Positions 1 to 9,837 of a stretch of DNA of 64,000 bases are shown here, piece after piece. The notes below the pieces were generated by a model that was not told where the DNA came from, made no database searches, and worked only from the letters and a program-made list of their open reading frames with translations. The stretch's first letter is position 1, and every line of letters begins with the position of its first letter. Origin of the DNA: Candidatus Acidiferrales bacterium (GTDB lineage: Bacteria; Acidobacteriota; Terriglobia; Acidiferrales; UBA7541). Position numbers and translations under genes: made by a program. The DNA lies in assembly GCA_963726725.1 (NCBI GenBank), contig CAVSDV010000023.1, positions 15,203 through 79,202 on the forward strand, given 5' to 3'.

Positions 1-2
1 AG

Positions 3-122
3 ATTTGGACGGCGGGCAATTCCCTTGGCCGCGAGTTCCCGATGAGCAAGGCCGAGGCTCAGGTCGCCAAGAACTATAGCAAGCCCGAACTCGTGATCGT
101 TGCTGCAAACATCTCTCACTAA
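3..122 (+). CDS. 3' end of a hypothetical protein (truncated by window edge)
   Basis: Open frame IWTAGNSLGREFPMSKAEAQVAKNYSKPELVIVAANISH* ending at TAA 120-122, followed by a terminator hairpin. Confidence 0.6.
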   Translation: MWTAGNSLGREFPMSKAEAQVAKNYSKPELVIVAANISH

Positions 123-158
123 CCCCAAGGCACTCCGCCGCGGTGTTTACGCCGAAAG

Positions 159-200
159 AAAGAGGGAACGTCTCCAAACGTTCCCTCTTTTCTCTTTCTT
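159..200. terminator. Probable bidirectional intrinsic terminator
   Basis: 13-bp stem AAAGAGGGAACGT / ACGTTCCCTCTTT with T-rich tail, between convergent genes. Confidence 0.75.
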
Positions 201-228
201 CAGGTTTTTGCTTTTGTAGGGGCCCCGA

Positions 229-666
229 TCACATCTCGAAGTGGAAAATGTCCACCACAATGTGGGTTCTCTGGTTCAGTAGCACGATGTGCCCGCCGAT
301 CACAACGTTGGCGCAATCCGGCGGCGGCGGTGGCAACATCCGTTCGATCTCTCGAGGGCAGGGCTCGATTTTCTTTTGCAGTCCAGGGGGAAGCGCTCCG
401 CGCCGCACCAGTTGTTTTTCCAATCCTGGAGGCAAATGATCTTTCTTCGCTAGTCCCGGTGGAAGATGGTTTTCGTTATGCACGTACCATCCGTGAAATT
501 CTTCCTGGTCATGCTGGTTATAATACCGTCCGTCATCTCCATGCTTGTCATGACCCTTGCCATGACCCTTGCCATTTCCATTACCGTTGCCCTGCGCCAT
601 CGCCGAGCTCGCCGTCAGCAGAAATATCCCCAGTACGCTGGCGGCCATAAATCTTTTTGCTCTCAT
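229..666 (-). CDS. Secreted His/Gly-rich protein with PPGLAKK/PPGLEK/PPGLQKK repeats (RcnB-like)
   Basis: Signal peptide ending AMA-Q, GNGNGNGKGHGKGH tract, three LPPGL repeats. Confidence 0.75.
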   Translation of the reverse strand: MRAKRFMAASVLGIFLLTASSAMAQGNGNGNGKGHGKGHDKHGDDGRYYNQHDQEEFHGWYVHNENHLPPGLAKKDHLPPGLEKQLVRRGALPPGLQKKIEPCPREIERMLPPPPPDCANVVIGGHIVLLNQRTHIVVDIFHFEM

Positions 667-836
667 CGCTTATTTCCCTCCGAGGGTGGGCATCTCCAGT
701 CTAGCTTTTTAAACGCCCCGCTCCTTTCAGCCTCGCAAACATTTGTCGCGCGCGTTACTTGGCCCTTGGTACAGTCGCAACCTGCCTTTTGTTCTGCAGT
801 TACCAAGTGGTTGGATTTCTGCGAATCGTCACACGC

Positions 837-2345
837 TTACGAGCAGCCCATGAAATCAATGCGCGCAACGTTGGTTGTTGCTCCCGCCGTCACTTTCAAG
901 GGCTGATTGTTTGCATCCGTCGACGTCATCACTTCTGACGGTGAGCAGTCCAGTACGCCGCCACTGGCAGGAACTGCCGCAATTGCGTCCACCATGAACG
1001 GCACTTCCCCGCTCACCGGCGCCGAGTAGCTGAACCCCGAACTACTGAACACACCAACGCTCGGATTGCTCCCCGGAACCACCAGCGTGTACTGCGCGCA
1101 ATTCGCATTTGCAGGACTTCCACTGGGGCAATTGGTGTTCGATTCAACCGAAACCAATCCGGTCGAGCTCACAGCTGGCGTTGTTGCCGTCATCTGAATC
1201 GTTTGCAGCGGAATTGTCAGTTGCCGCGTGGTCATCGGACTCGTTCCAAACGACACGCTCTGCAACGCGGAGACGCTTACATCCGCCTGCGCCCCACCCG
1301 AAGCCCCACTTGCCGTCACAAATCCCTGCAGTATTGCCGGACCGCTGGCGCCCGTCTCGGCAACTAAAGGAATTGCATTCAGGTTTGTCCCGTTCGGCAC
1401 GTTGACTACGGCTGTCGCGTTGTAGGGCAAATTGTTCGCCCCTACCGCGACCACTACCACGTCAAAGGGGCCTGGCGGCAGTGGGCAAAACCGAAAATTG
1501 CCGTTCCCATCGGCACTCGCTTCCATCACGATTCGATCCACTCCCGTGCTGTCCGGCTGTTCCACCGCCACTAGTACTGTTCCCGCGATTGGGGCTTTCG
1601 TAACGGCGTCCAAAATCTGCCCACCGATCCCCGAATTATTCGGGCTCACCTGTCCGGCCGTCAGCGTCGGCTTTAGCCGCATCTTTCCGTTGCCTTCCTG
1701 CACAATGGACGCGCACGCATTGAAATCGATGTTCAGGTCCACACTCTGCCCCGCCATAACTTGAATTGGTCCGCCGACTATCTGCCCTGGCGGTATCTTC
1801 AATCCCGTGTTGTCCTGGCTGCTTAGTTCCAACTCATTCATTGTTCCGTCGGCCATGACGGCGCAATTGTAGCCATTACCCGCGCATGCATTGGACGCGG
1901 GAGTTGCTGATCCTGCCGAAGGATTGTTTGACACTAGTAAGAGTCGGATCTGCTGGTAACTGCCCACTGGTAAACTCGCCGAACCGAGCTGCGCTAACAC
2001 GCAATTCATCTGCGTCTCGGAGAAAAGATCAATCTGCATCGGCTGGTTCGCAAGTTGCGGCACAAGTTCTTGCCACCCGGAACTATTGTCATCCGCGTGC
2101 GGATCAATATGCGCCTGCACCGACCGCACCGTGATATACACGTGGGCAAAGTTCCCATTCGGCTTCTTGCAGCTAGGCGGATCGCTGATCGACACTGTAA
2201 CCGTGCCGGTGGCGTTGCTCGGCATGGAGGTCATGTTTCCTCCTCCTCCGCAGCTCACCGTCATGCCCGCAATCATCAGGATCAACAATGCCCACACCAC
2301 TACTCTCGCGTTCTCCGCCGTTGGGAACACCCTGGAACAGTCCAT
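837..2345 (-). CDS. DUF4382-type lipoprotein with carboxypeptidase-regulatory-like domain
   Basis: Lipobox-like TVSC-GGGG; TVSISDPP, YQQIRLLL, IDFNACASIV and LKPTL motifs; 502 aa. Confidence 0.75.
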   Translation of the reverse strand: MDCSRVFPTAENARVVVWALLILMIAGMTVSCGGGGNMTSMPSNATGTVTVSISDPPSCKKPNGNFAHVYITVRSVQAHIDPHADDNSSGWQELVPQLANQPMQIDLFSETQMNCVLAQLGSASLPVGSYQQIRLLLVSNNPSAGSATPASNACAGNGYNCAVMADGTMNELELSSQDNTGLKIPPGQIVGGPIQVMAGQSVDLNIDFNACASIVQEGNGKMRLKPTLTAGQVSPNNSGIGGQILDAVTKAPIAGTVLVAVEQPDSTGVDRIVMEASADGNGNFRFCPLPPGPFDVVVVAVGANNLPYNATAVVNVPNGTNLNAIPLVAETGASGPAILQGFVTASGASGGAQADVSVSALQSVSFGTSPMTTRQLTIPLQTIQMTATTPAVSSTGLVSVESNTNCPSGSPANANCAQYTLVVPGSNPSVGVFSSSGFSYSAPVSGEVPFMVDAIAAVPASGGVLDCSPSEVMTSTDANNQPLKVTAGATTNVARIDFMGCS

Positions 2346-2576
2346 TTGTCGCTCCTCGAGTCGGAAGAAGCGGGTCTTTCCTCCAAACCACTACCCTGAT
2401 CTGAATTGGAAACCTTACCGACTTTTCATTCACACCCAGTACAAAAAGTTCTGCTCTGCATCTGGTCTTCGTCGAAACCTTAGTTAGCTACATGCGGCGG
2501 GGCAGCCTGCTTCATGCGACCTTAGAAATGCTGTCTCACTTTTCTATGGTTTCGCTCACTTAACTCAACCGATCCA

Positions 2577-3191
2577 TCAGCTCTTTACATTAATGGTTAC
2601 AGGTCTGACTAATCGAAACGTCAGTGGTGCCTCTGCGCTCAGGTGGATGTCTTTCTTTCCTGTCATGAACGCGACAGCGGTTCCTGCCCCTGCTCCCACA
2701 GGTCCGCCAATCAGCGCTCCCTTGCCTCCAGCCGCCAACGCCCCGATCAGCGCGCCGCCGCCGGCTCCGCCCGCAATCCACCCCCAGTTGCGCTTCTTGT
2801 GATTTCCGCCAACTCTCTGTGCTGTGTTCGTGCGCAATTCGTAGGTCTTGCCATTGATCTCCACATTTTCCAATGCCAACTGCAAACGAGCTCGGCCCCT
2901 CAGTCTCCCTGACGGCCGCGCGTCTACCACCAACCCCTCCGCGTGTGCCCCTTCCGGGATGATCGTCTTTTCGTCAATCACGATCGGCTCTGCAACCGTG
3001 GCCTGGAAATGATCACCCGGTCGGCTCTGATTACTTGCCAGTGCCTGATCCAAGGTCACATGAATCGCCGTTTGCTCTGGCACCGTCACTGGATCAGCAT
3101 GCCGGGAGATCGCAGCCGCGCTGGCGATCAGCGCCACGATTAGCAGTGAACTTCCACCCAGTAAGAGGTACTGATGTCTCTTGGATAGCAT
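2577..3191 (-). CDS. Secreted hypothetical protein with glycine-zipper C-terminus
   Basis: GGAGG RBS before ATG 3191, N-terminal hydrophobic helix, GGAGGGALIGALAAGGKGALIGG. Confidence 0.75.
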   Translation of the reverse strand: MLSKRHQYLLLGGSSLLIVALIASAAAISRHADPVTVPEQTAIHVTLDQALASNQSRPGDHFQATVAEPIVIDEKTIIPEGAHAEGLVVDARPSGRLRGRARLQLALENVEINGKTYELRTNTAQRVGGNHKKRNWGWIAGGAGGGALIGALAAGGKGALIGGPVGAGAGTAVAFMTGKKDIHLSAEAPLTFRLVRPVTINVKS

Positions 3192-3535
3192 AGAAACCTC
3201 CGGAATAGGTTGAGGCAGGAGAATTACCAAGCAGGCTACTTCTATCCATCTTATCTTTAAGATGTTACGGATGGCTTTGCCTTGGATACTGTAGGAAGAA
3301 TTTCTTCGGCCGTGAACTTTCGGCGTACTGCACGTACCAGGCTAACTGGTTAGTGGCTTTTCGCGAACTGGCCGGAATGACGCGATTCCGATAGCTGGCT
3401 GAGCGGATGCGCTGGCGACCTGGATGGTTGGTTTTGAAGCTTCCGCAGCGGGCGGGGGAGTGCAGCCCGGTGCCCGGGAGTGAAGGCTGTCCGGGAGTGA
3501 AGGCTGGACACCTGCTCCCCATTCCCTTACGATGA

Positions 3536-3802
3536 ATGCCCTTCGGAGGTGGAAAGGTGCCGACCCCGAGAGAATGGGTAAGAATCTGTGAACTGGAAAA
3601 GGCCGCAATAGAACACCAGTCTGTTGAGAAGTGGATCGAAATAGATCGCAAACTTGATCCCAACTGGACCGAAGAGAAATCAAAGGCTCTGTATCAACGC
3701 AAAGAAGAGTGGCTAAAAGGCTGCACTGAACGCCTGAACGAAGCCCGGGCCAACCTAAGCGCCGCAGATGACCTAGATATCTGGTCTCTCCTCGGAACCT
3801 GA
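3536..3802 (+). CDS. Hypothetical helical protein or gene remnant
   Basis: 88-aa E/K-rich ORF with protein-like composition; no recognisable motif. Confidence 0.35.
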   Translation: MPFGGGKVPTPREWVRICELEKAAIEHQSVEKWIEIDRKLDPNWTEEKSKALYQRKEEWLKGCTERLNEARANLSAADDLDIWSLLGT

Positions 3803-4403
3803 GAGGGAATTACCAGCCGTGCCACAAGCGGTTCAACGCAGGATGATGAATGAGTGGCAACTGCGCGGTGGCATGGAAAGAAAATGCTTCGAATGCCGTC
3901 TAGAGTAAGTGGGTCAGAGCGCCAGTTCTGCCCAATACATGGTCACCGACCCACATCCGGCGATCACTATTAACCTCTGAACGCCTTCTACGCCTCTGCA
4001 TGGTTTCAGTCAATGACCAGTTTCCGGTTAGAAAACGTCCTCGAAGTCCGTACCAGTTTACCTGCCGCTGCTTGATGAGAGGTCTGGCTGTGGGCAATGG
4101 CTCAAGCAATAATGCGGTTGAGTATTGAGAAAACAAGAAGGGGCGCTTCCTTGCACCAAGGGCGCCTCTCGTCACACCGAACGTTTCAAATCAAAAGGAA
4201 CGGCGAGACTGGTATCCACGAGGTCCGCCCAACCCTCTGGTCAGTGCCGCTCTTTCTCGCCGTCCCGCCGCATATCGTAGATCGTCGAGATGGTGTGCTG
4301 TTCACGTTTGCACGGTTTGTCGAGATTTCTCGACCGGATGCAGGTCGCTCTTCAGGATTCACGCACACATCCCAGAGATGCAGGACGATGCCGGAGGTTG
4401 GTC

Positions 4404-4634
4404 ATGCCCCAGCCACAATTGAAACGGGATTGTGTGCTCATGACTGTTTCCTGCGGGAACTGCCAGCAGGAGCAGATAGTTCACGTGCAGGTCGGCACAT
4501 GGACGTGGTCAACGGCTCATCAGTCGCTTAAGTGCCTGAGATGCGGCAGATGCGGCCAACACTTTGAGGTAATGCTTCCCGACGCCATTATCGGCGGTCC
4601 ATTTATACCGAGTGACATTTCTTCGGCCGAGTAG
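4404..4634 (+). CDS. Small zinc-ribbon-like protein
   Basis: GGAGG RBS at 4393; CGNC...CLRCGRC pattern. Confidence 0.55.
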   Translation: MPQPQLKRDCVLMTVSCGNCQQEQIVHVQVGTWTWSTAHQSLKCLRCGRCGQHFEVMLPDAIIGGPFIPSDISSAE

Positions 4635-4867
4635 ATCTAAGCGCTGACCTCTCGGGTGAACCTCCTTAGTAGTCCAACCGGAGTTCACCAACAGTTCACC
4701 GCTAGTGCACTGACGGAAAGCTGGGGCTACGTCAGAGTGCGCATGGTCAGGGAACCAACACAGCCAGCCCACCAAAAAGGGTAGGAAGTTCCAAAAGGAA
4801 TTTGCGATGGCAGCTTGTACGATTCCCCTGGGCGGAGTGAATCGCTAGGGCGGAAGTCGCAACGAGG

Positions 4868-4980
4868 TGGCTCCTCCCTTTCGAGAGGAGCCATTCTTAT
4901 TTGGGGATAAACGCGAGAGCCCGGGATGGGCGGCTACCCCGGGCTCTCCTATACGAAAATATAGCGATTTTCGTATAGGA
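4868..4980. repeat. Three stacked inverted repeats
   Basis: TGGCTCCTC/GAGGAGCCA with TTCG loop and T tail (4868-4900); GAGAGCCCGGG/CCCGGGCTCTC (4915-4948); TCCTATACGAAAAT-6nt-ATTTTCGTATAGGA (4947-4980). Confidence 0.8.
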
Positions 4981-5185
4981 TGCAAACTGCTGAGTTGAAA
5001 CGTCTGATTCAAAAAGAGTCCGAAGCCTAAGCCCACCGCAGCCGCAGAACGAGCAACGGCCGAGACGACTGACACGTTTACCCCAATTTATCCCAATACG
5101 GCGCCTTGTCTGCCCAAACCGTCCAAGGCCTGCCGACCGCCGTCTTGCGTACTCATTAGGTTAGGCTGGAGCCGAAACGCAACCA

Positions 5186-5248
5186 CCCGTCTCGAAAACC
5201 GTTGGGCTCGAAAGGGCCTCGGGGGTTCGAATCACTCCTCCGCCGCCA
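5186..5248 (+). pseudogene. tRNA-Ser(CGA) 3' fragment (att-site relic)
   Basis: Anticodon loop CTCGAAA, long variable arm GGGCTCGAAAGGGCCT, T arm GGGGGTTCGAATC, ends GCCA; 5' half absent. Confidence 0.7.
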
Positions 5249-5341
5249 CTAAACAAAGCGTAGCTTTGGAGTAGAACGATTGCGCTTTCGATTTAGGCGA
5301 GTGATTGTGCGGCCCTTTATCACAGTCTTATCACACCTCTT

Positions 5342-5497
5342 TCATTGGATTGCCTTCTCATCGAGCTTGCTGAACAGCTGTTCAATGCGTGCCATTCCGT
5401 TCGCTGCGACTTCTGGCATGTCCTTTATATAATGCAGAAGAGTGGTATTTAGAGTGGTATTGACGCTGGAATGCCGCAACAGACCCTTCGCGGCCAT
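5342..5497 (-). pseudogene. C-terminal remnant of a tyrosine integrase
   Basis: AAKGLLRHSSVNTTL(NTTL)LHY matches the box II LLxH...TT..Y motif; adjacent to tRNA relic and 2x TTATCACA repeats (5317-5335). Confidence 0.6.
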
Positions 5498-5590
5498 CGG
5501 ATCGTGAGCTGAGTTGCGATGCCGTGCCACTCTAGCAGCTTGGCATCGCGGTCTCGGTAGTTTCTTGGGTTGCGCAGTCAACGGCTCATC

Positions 5591-5620
5591 TTGACACTGG
5601 GCGCATGCTTGTGGTATTAC
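5591..5620 (+). promoter_or_regulatory. Putative sigma70 promoter of the vapBC-type operon
   Basis: TTGACA-18nt-TATTAC with TG extension; ATTAC/GTAAT inverted repeat overlaps the -10 (possible auto-operator). Confidence 0.45.
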
Positions 5621-5646
5621 TTCTACACAAATGTAATGGAGGCATT

Positions 5647-5904
5647 ATGGAGTCTGCTATTACCGTCAAAGGTCAGGCCACGATTCCCAAGGCTATCCGC
5701 GAGCATCTCGGGTTGAAGCCGGGGGATCGGGTCAAGTTCTTCGTGCATCCCGACGGCAGCGTGGTTCTCTTACCGAAGCTTTCGGCATCGGCTTTGCGAG
5801 GCATCATCCATTCCCGTCGGCGACGGCCGGTGTCGATCGAGGAGATGACTGAGGCGACTGCTGAAGGCTCCACCGGCGGCACGCCGCGGACGAAGGGTCG
5901 ATGA
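5647..5904 (+). CDS. AbrB/MazE/SpoVT-family antitoxin
   Basis: ITVKGQATIPKAIREHLGLKPGDRVKF; ATGA overlap with PIN toxin. Confidence 0.9.
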   Translation: MESAITVKGQATIPKAIREHLGLKPGDRVKFFVHPDGSVVLLPKLSASALRGIIHSRRRRPVSIEEMTEATAEGSTGGTPRTKGR

Positions 5905-6296
5905 TCGGGCTCGACACCAACATCCTTGTTCGTTACCTCACCCAAGACGATCCGATTCAGTCTCCGAAGGCAAGGGAGATAATCGAACGGCGGTTGACCG
6001 AGGAGAACCCGGGCTTCGTCAGTATTGTGGCGATGGTTGAGACCGTGTGGGTCCTCGACCGCGCCTACAGGCTAGCAGCCCATGAAATCGCCGCAGCTGT
6101 CGAACGCATCCTTCAGACTGATGTGCTCGTTGTGGAGAACGAGCAGGAGGTTTTCACCGCCATGATCGCACTCAAGGAAGGACAGGGCTCGTTTGCCGAT
6201 GCCGTCATTGTTGCACTTGGCACCAGAGCCAAGTGTTCCCGCACCCTTACGTTCGACCACAAGGCGCTGCGGCTTCCGGGTTTCGAGCTTCCTTAA
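5901..6296 (+). CDS. vapC: VapC-family PIN-domain toxin
   Basis: MIGLDTNILVR, E..WVL, SFADAVI, TLTFD acidic PIN motifs. Confidence 0.9.
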   Translation: MIGLDTNILVRYLTQDDPIQSPKAREIIERRLTEENPGFVSIVAMVETVWVLDRAYRLAAHEIAAAVERILQTDVLVVENEQEVFTAMIALKEGQGSFADAVIVALGTRAKCSRTLTFDHKALRLPGFELP

Positions 6297-6547
6297 TTCA
6301 CCCTCTCTCGGGATCGTTCGATGATGGTTAGCCCTCAGACAGACTGTCTGGCGAACGTCCTGAAAGAACTGGGGAAGGTCATGTCTCCGGATTGGCCGGA
6401 TTTCTGGTGGCATGCTACACAAAGTACGGGGAATTAGGCATCAAGGGAAAGCAGTGTCTATAGGGGTAGAACGTAAATCCTTTGTTTGCAACCTGAACCT
6501 TGTAGCAAAACAACGCGTGACAACGAATCCCACCCCCAAACTACGAA

Positions 6548-6569
6548 GGGTCGAATCCCTCCTCCTCCG
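6548..6569 (+). repeat. Second tRNA-Ser 3'-end copy (att core)
   Basis: GGGTCGAATCCCTCCTCCTCCG matches 5224-5245 and 10205-10223. Confidence 0.7.
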
Positions 6570-6816
6570 TATATATTGTGATTCATTCTGGATCCAATGA
6601 ACAAAGGGTTTTGCCGCTTCAGTGACCAGGAAGTGCAGAAAAACGCCGCCTAGCAGCCCCGCACGTTTCATCAGGACTTCGCGGAAGTCAATTGCCGAGA
6701 GTCGATAAATCTCATCAAGTAATTATGCGTGCAATCTGGTTTTCCACAGCCCACGCATTCACACGTCTCCCCTATCCCTGCTATCTTGGCGATTCACCAT
6801 CTCCCGGAGGCTCAAT

Positions 6817-9294
6817 ATGATCGTCGAGGAACAGATCTCGATCGTCGAGGAGCAGATCGCCGCGCGGCAACAGCGCGCCCGGAAAACCATCGAAGCCATT
6901 CTTACGGGCCCGGTCGGACAGGCTTATGGCGACTACGTGGTGAAGTCAGCAAGCGGCAGGGAGTACCGCGTGGCAATGCGAGGTCCGAGCCTGTTTGAGA
7001 ACTTCTGCTCGTGTGCCGATTTTGCGGTGAACACCCTTGGCACTTGCAAGCACATCGAAGCCCTGCTGCTTCGCCTTCATCACCGCTTTGGCCGCTCCCT
7101 CGATCGCCAGCAGTATCAGCGCACGCGGGCTTCGCTTTCCCTTCAGTATGGCGACACCCTGAACGTGCGTGTCCGGCTCCCGTCTCAGCCATCGTCGGAC
7201 CTCCAGAAGATTGTCTCTGAGTACTTCGATGCCGATGGGTTCTTACGAACGGACAACCTTCAACGATTCGAGGAAGTCCTCGAGAAGCTTCGCGCTGTGG
7301 ATGAGACGGCCGTTGTTTACAGCGATGTACTAGATTTCATTGACCGTGAAAACGAACTTGCCTCGGGCCTCGAGGACGAGCGCCGGTACCTCGCGCAGCT
7401 AAAGAAAGGCAAGCGCCCGCTCGAAGGTCTCTTGAAGGTGCCCCTCTTTCCCTACCAGATTCGCGGAGCGCTTTTCGCCGCTTGTCGCGGTCGGGTGATC
7501 CTCGCCGACGATATGGGTCTTGGCAAGACGATTCAGGCCATTGCTGGCGCTGAGCTGCTGCGGCGCCGTCGAGGCATTGAGAGGGTGCTGGTGGTTGCTC
7601 CGGCTTCGGTCAAGTACCAATGGAAGACGGAGATCGAGAAGTTCTGTGAGCTTCCCGCACAAGTCATTGACGGGCTGATGCCGCACCGCAAGAAGCTGTA
7701 CGCCAACCCAAGCTTCTTCAATCTCACAAGTTACGAACTGGTTTTGAAGGATATCGAAGATATGCATGACATGCGTCCGGACTTGATCATCCTCGATGAA
7801 GCCCAACGCATACGCAATTGGGCAACCGCCACCGCCCGCATCATCAAACAATTGAAGAGTCGTTATGCCTTCATATTGACGGGCACACCTCTTGAAAACA
7901 AGCTCGAAGAGCTGTTTTCGATCGTCGAGTTCGTGGACGGTCGCCGTTTGGGGCCGGCCTTCCGCTTTCTGAAGGAACACCGCATGGAGAACGAAGAGGG
8001 GAAATTGCTCGGCTATCGTGGCCTGGATCAAGTTCACAAACAACTGGAACCGATCTTGCTTCGCCGAACTCGGAAAGAAGTGCTTCCGGAGCTGCCCAGG
8101 CGCACGGATCAAACCTTTCGTGTACGTATGACGCCCGAACAAGCAGGTCCCTACTGGGAACAGAGTGACATTCTCGCAAGGTTGATGCACAAATGGCAGC
8201 GACAGGGTTGGCTCTCCGAGATCGATCTGCGTCGCATCACCTGCTGTATCCAGAACATGCGCATGCTCTGCAACTCTACCTTCTTGTTCGACAAGGCGAC
8301 CAATTTCTCTCCCAAGCTTGAGGAGTTCCGCGAGATTGTTCACGAGCTGACAATTGAAGAAAAGCGCAAGGTGGTCGTCTTCAGCGAGTACGAACGAATG
8401 ACGCACCTGGCCAGTCAGGAACTGACGAAGCTGAAAATCGGCTGGGTGTCGTTACACGGCAACGTGCCCGCGCGGAAACGTGGTGAGCTGATTTCCCGGT
8501 TTGCAAAGGATCCCGACTGCAAGGTCTTTCTTTCGACTGATGCTGGAGGAGTTGGATTGAACTTGCAGGCGGCCTCGGCAGTCGTGAACTTTGAGCCTCC
8601 CTGGAATCCTGCCCGATTAGAGCAACGTGTCGGCCGCGTTCATCGCTTCGGCCAGACGCAGCCCGTACAAGTGATCCATCTGCTGACCGAGAACAGCATT
8701 GAGGAACGCGTTTGGGAGACTCTCAGGCTCAAGAAGGCGTTGTTCACGGGATTATTTGATGAGGGGAAGGACGAAATCAGCTTTGAAAAGCTCGGCCGCA
8801 AAACTATGATGCACGTGATCAAAGAGGTCTTCAGCGACCAGCCTGGCAGGCCGAAGCCTGTACTCACTCCGGAGGCGCCCCAGCCCGTGGCCGTAACGGA
8901 AGCGAAGCGGAATGGAAAGCCCGCGGTGAAGGACGGCCGCGCCCCCGGACCTCCGGTAGTGACAAGACCTCCGTTTCCTGCGGACCGGGCGTTGCCCCTT
9001 CCCCAGAGTGTGGCCCGGGATGGCGATGCAGAGTCCACCTGCTTCGTAGCGGACCCCAGCCAGGCTGCTGCTCAGTTTCTGGAAGCGGGCCTGACCCTCT
9101 TGGAATCGCTCTCCTCTCCGCGCAGCGCCGACGTCGGTTTCGAACCGATCAAACGGGGCCTTTCCACGTTACTGCGGAGGGATGCGCAAACCCAACGTCC
9201 GACCCTCGCCATCCCCCTGCCCGAGTCCATCACTACCGAGCGTCTCGCAAGAGTCATTAGCGGATTTCTCGGCACTTTGGCCAGACCGTCTTGA
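6817..9294 (+). CDS. SWIM zinc finger + SNF2-family helicase
   Basis: CSCADF...TCKHI (SWIM); LADDMGLGKT, LDEAQRI, LTGTPLEN, GGVGLNLQ, WNPARLEQRVGRVHRFGQ. Confidence 0.92.
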   Translation: MIVEEQISIVEEQIAARQQRARKTIEAILTGPVGQAYGDYVVKSASGREYRVAMRGPSLFENFCSCADFAVNTLGTCKHIEALLLRLHHRFGRSLDRQQYQRTRASLSLQYGDTLNVRVRLPSQPSSDLQKIVSEYFDADGFLRTDNLQRFEEVLEKLRAVDETAVVYSDVLDFIDRENELASGLEDERRYLAQLKKGKRPLEGLLKVPLFPYQIRGALFAACRGRVILADDMGLGKTIQAIAGAELLRRRRGIERVLVVAPASVKYQWKTEIEKFCELPAQVIDGLMPHRKKLYANPSFFNLTSYELVLKDIEDMHDMRPDLIILDEAQRIRNWATATARIIKQLKSRYAFILTGTPLENKLEELFSIVEFVDGRRLGPAFRFLKEHRMENEEGKLLGYRGLDQVHKQLEPILLRRTRKEVLPELPRRTDQTFRVRMTPEQAGPYWEQSDILARLMHKWQRQGWLSEIDLRRITCCIQNMRMLCNSTFLFDKATNFSPKLEEFREIVHELTIEEKRKVVVFSEYERMTHLASQELTKLKIGWVSLHGNVPARKRGELISRFAKDPDCKVFLSTDAGGVGLNLQAASAVVNFEPPWNPARLEQRVGRVHRFGQTQPVQVIHLLTENSIEERVWETLRLKKALFTGLFDEGKDEISFEKLGRKTMMHVIKEVFSDQPGRPKPVLTPEAPQPVAVTEAKRNGKPAVKDGRAPGPPVVTRPPFPADRALPLPQSVARDGDAESTCFVADPSQAAAQFLEAGLTLLESLSSPRSADVGFEPIKRGLSTLLRRDAQTQRPTLAIPLPESITTERLARVISGFLGTLARPS

Positions 9295-9447
9295 AAGCAC
9301 GTGAAAATCGGCGAATGCAAACGGGGCAGGGATGTTTTAGCAAATCCGCTGCTTTAAACCACTCAGCCGCCTCTCAAAATTAATCTGCTGGCCATTTGCT
9401 GGCCGTTGCCAAAAACCGCCACGCAACCGCCTTCAGATAGACTCAGG

Positions 9448-9708
9448 GCGGCTCGGCAATGAACTGCAACCGCTTTTCCTTTGCGCAGGAAATCAGTGAC
9501 AGAATTGACTAATCCAGTAAATTCAGCGGACGAATTCGGAACGGATCTGTCTTCGACGGGGAAGGAAAGAAACTCCATACCTCTGCTCTGGCAGCAACGA
9601 CTTTCCTCGACGAGTCCCAACTCCTCATTTTCGGCGGCCGTCAAGGCAGAAACGACTACGTCAATTCCTGCGCGCTGCAACAAATTAATGTCATCTGGGA
9701 GCCAATTC
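9448..9708 (-). pseudogene. Internal fragment of a dual-specificity/tyrosine phosphatase
   Basis: NWLPDDINLLQRAGIDVVVSALT...FPVEDRSVP...KAVAVHCRA, cut inside the HCxxGxxR loop. Confidence 0.7.
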
Positions 9709-9837
9709 CAGAGCCAGCGGGACGCTGACGAGCAGCGTTATCCTGCCTTGCCGCGCCGCGCGTAGAATTGCCGCGGACGCCCCGCTTGGGCTGCGCATCG
9801 CCGCCACGATCACATCGGTATCCACGACAACCCTCAC
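9706..9837 (-). pseudogene. N-terminal fragment of a second PIN-family toxin
   Basis: Manual translation from GTG 9837: VRVVVDTDVIVAAMRSPSGASAAILRAARQGRITLLVSVPLALE, then joins phosphatase DNA. Confidence 0.7.

Noticed and set aside
3474-3506. CCGGGAGTGAAGGCTG repeated twice
   Set aside because: Only two adjacent copies with a 1-nt spacer; a slippage duplication, not a CRISPR or iteron array.
4947-4980. Possible dif or loxP site
   Set aside because: No match to the XerD arm TTATGTTAAAT, and the arm orientation is opposite to loxP; kept only as a generic palindrome.
5317-5335. TTATCACA x2 resembling DnaA boxes
   Set aside because: One base short of TTATCCACA, with no box cluster, AT-rich unwinding element or dnaA; better explained as integrase arm-type repeats.
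7399-8406. Long antisense ORFs (also 11381-12319, 28493-29614, 29672-30616, 60497-61561)
   Set aside because: Shadow or alternate frames of well-supported genes in GC-rich DNA, with no motifs.
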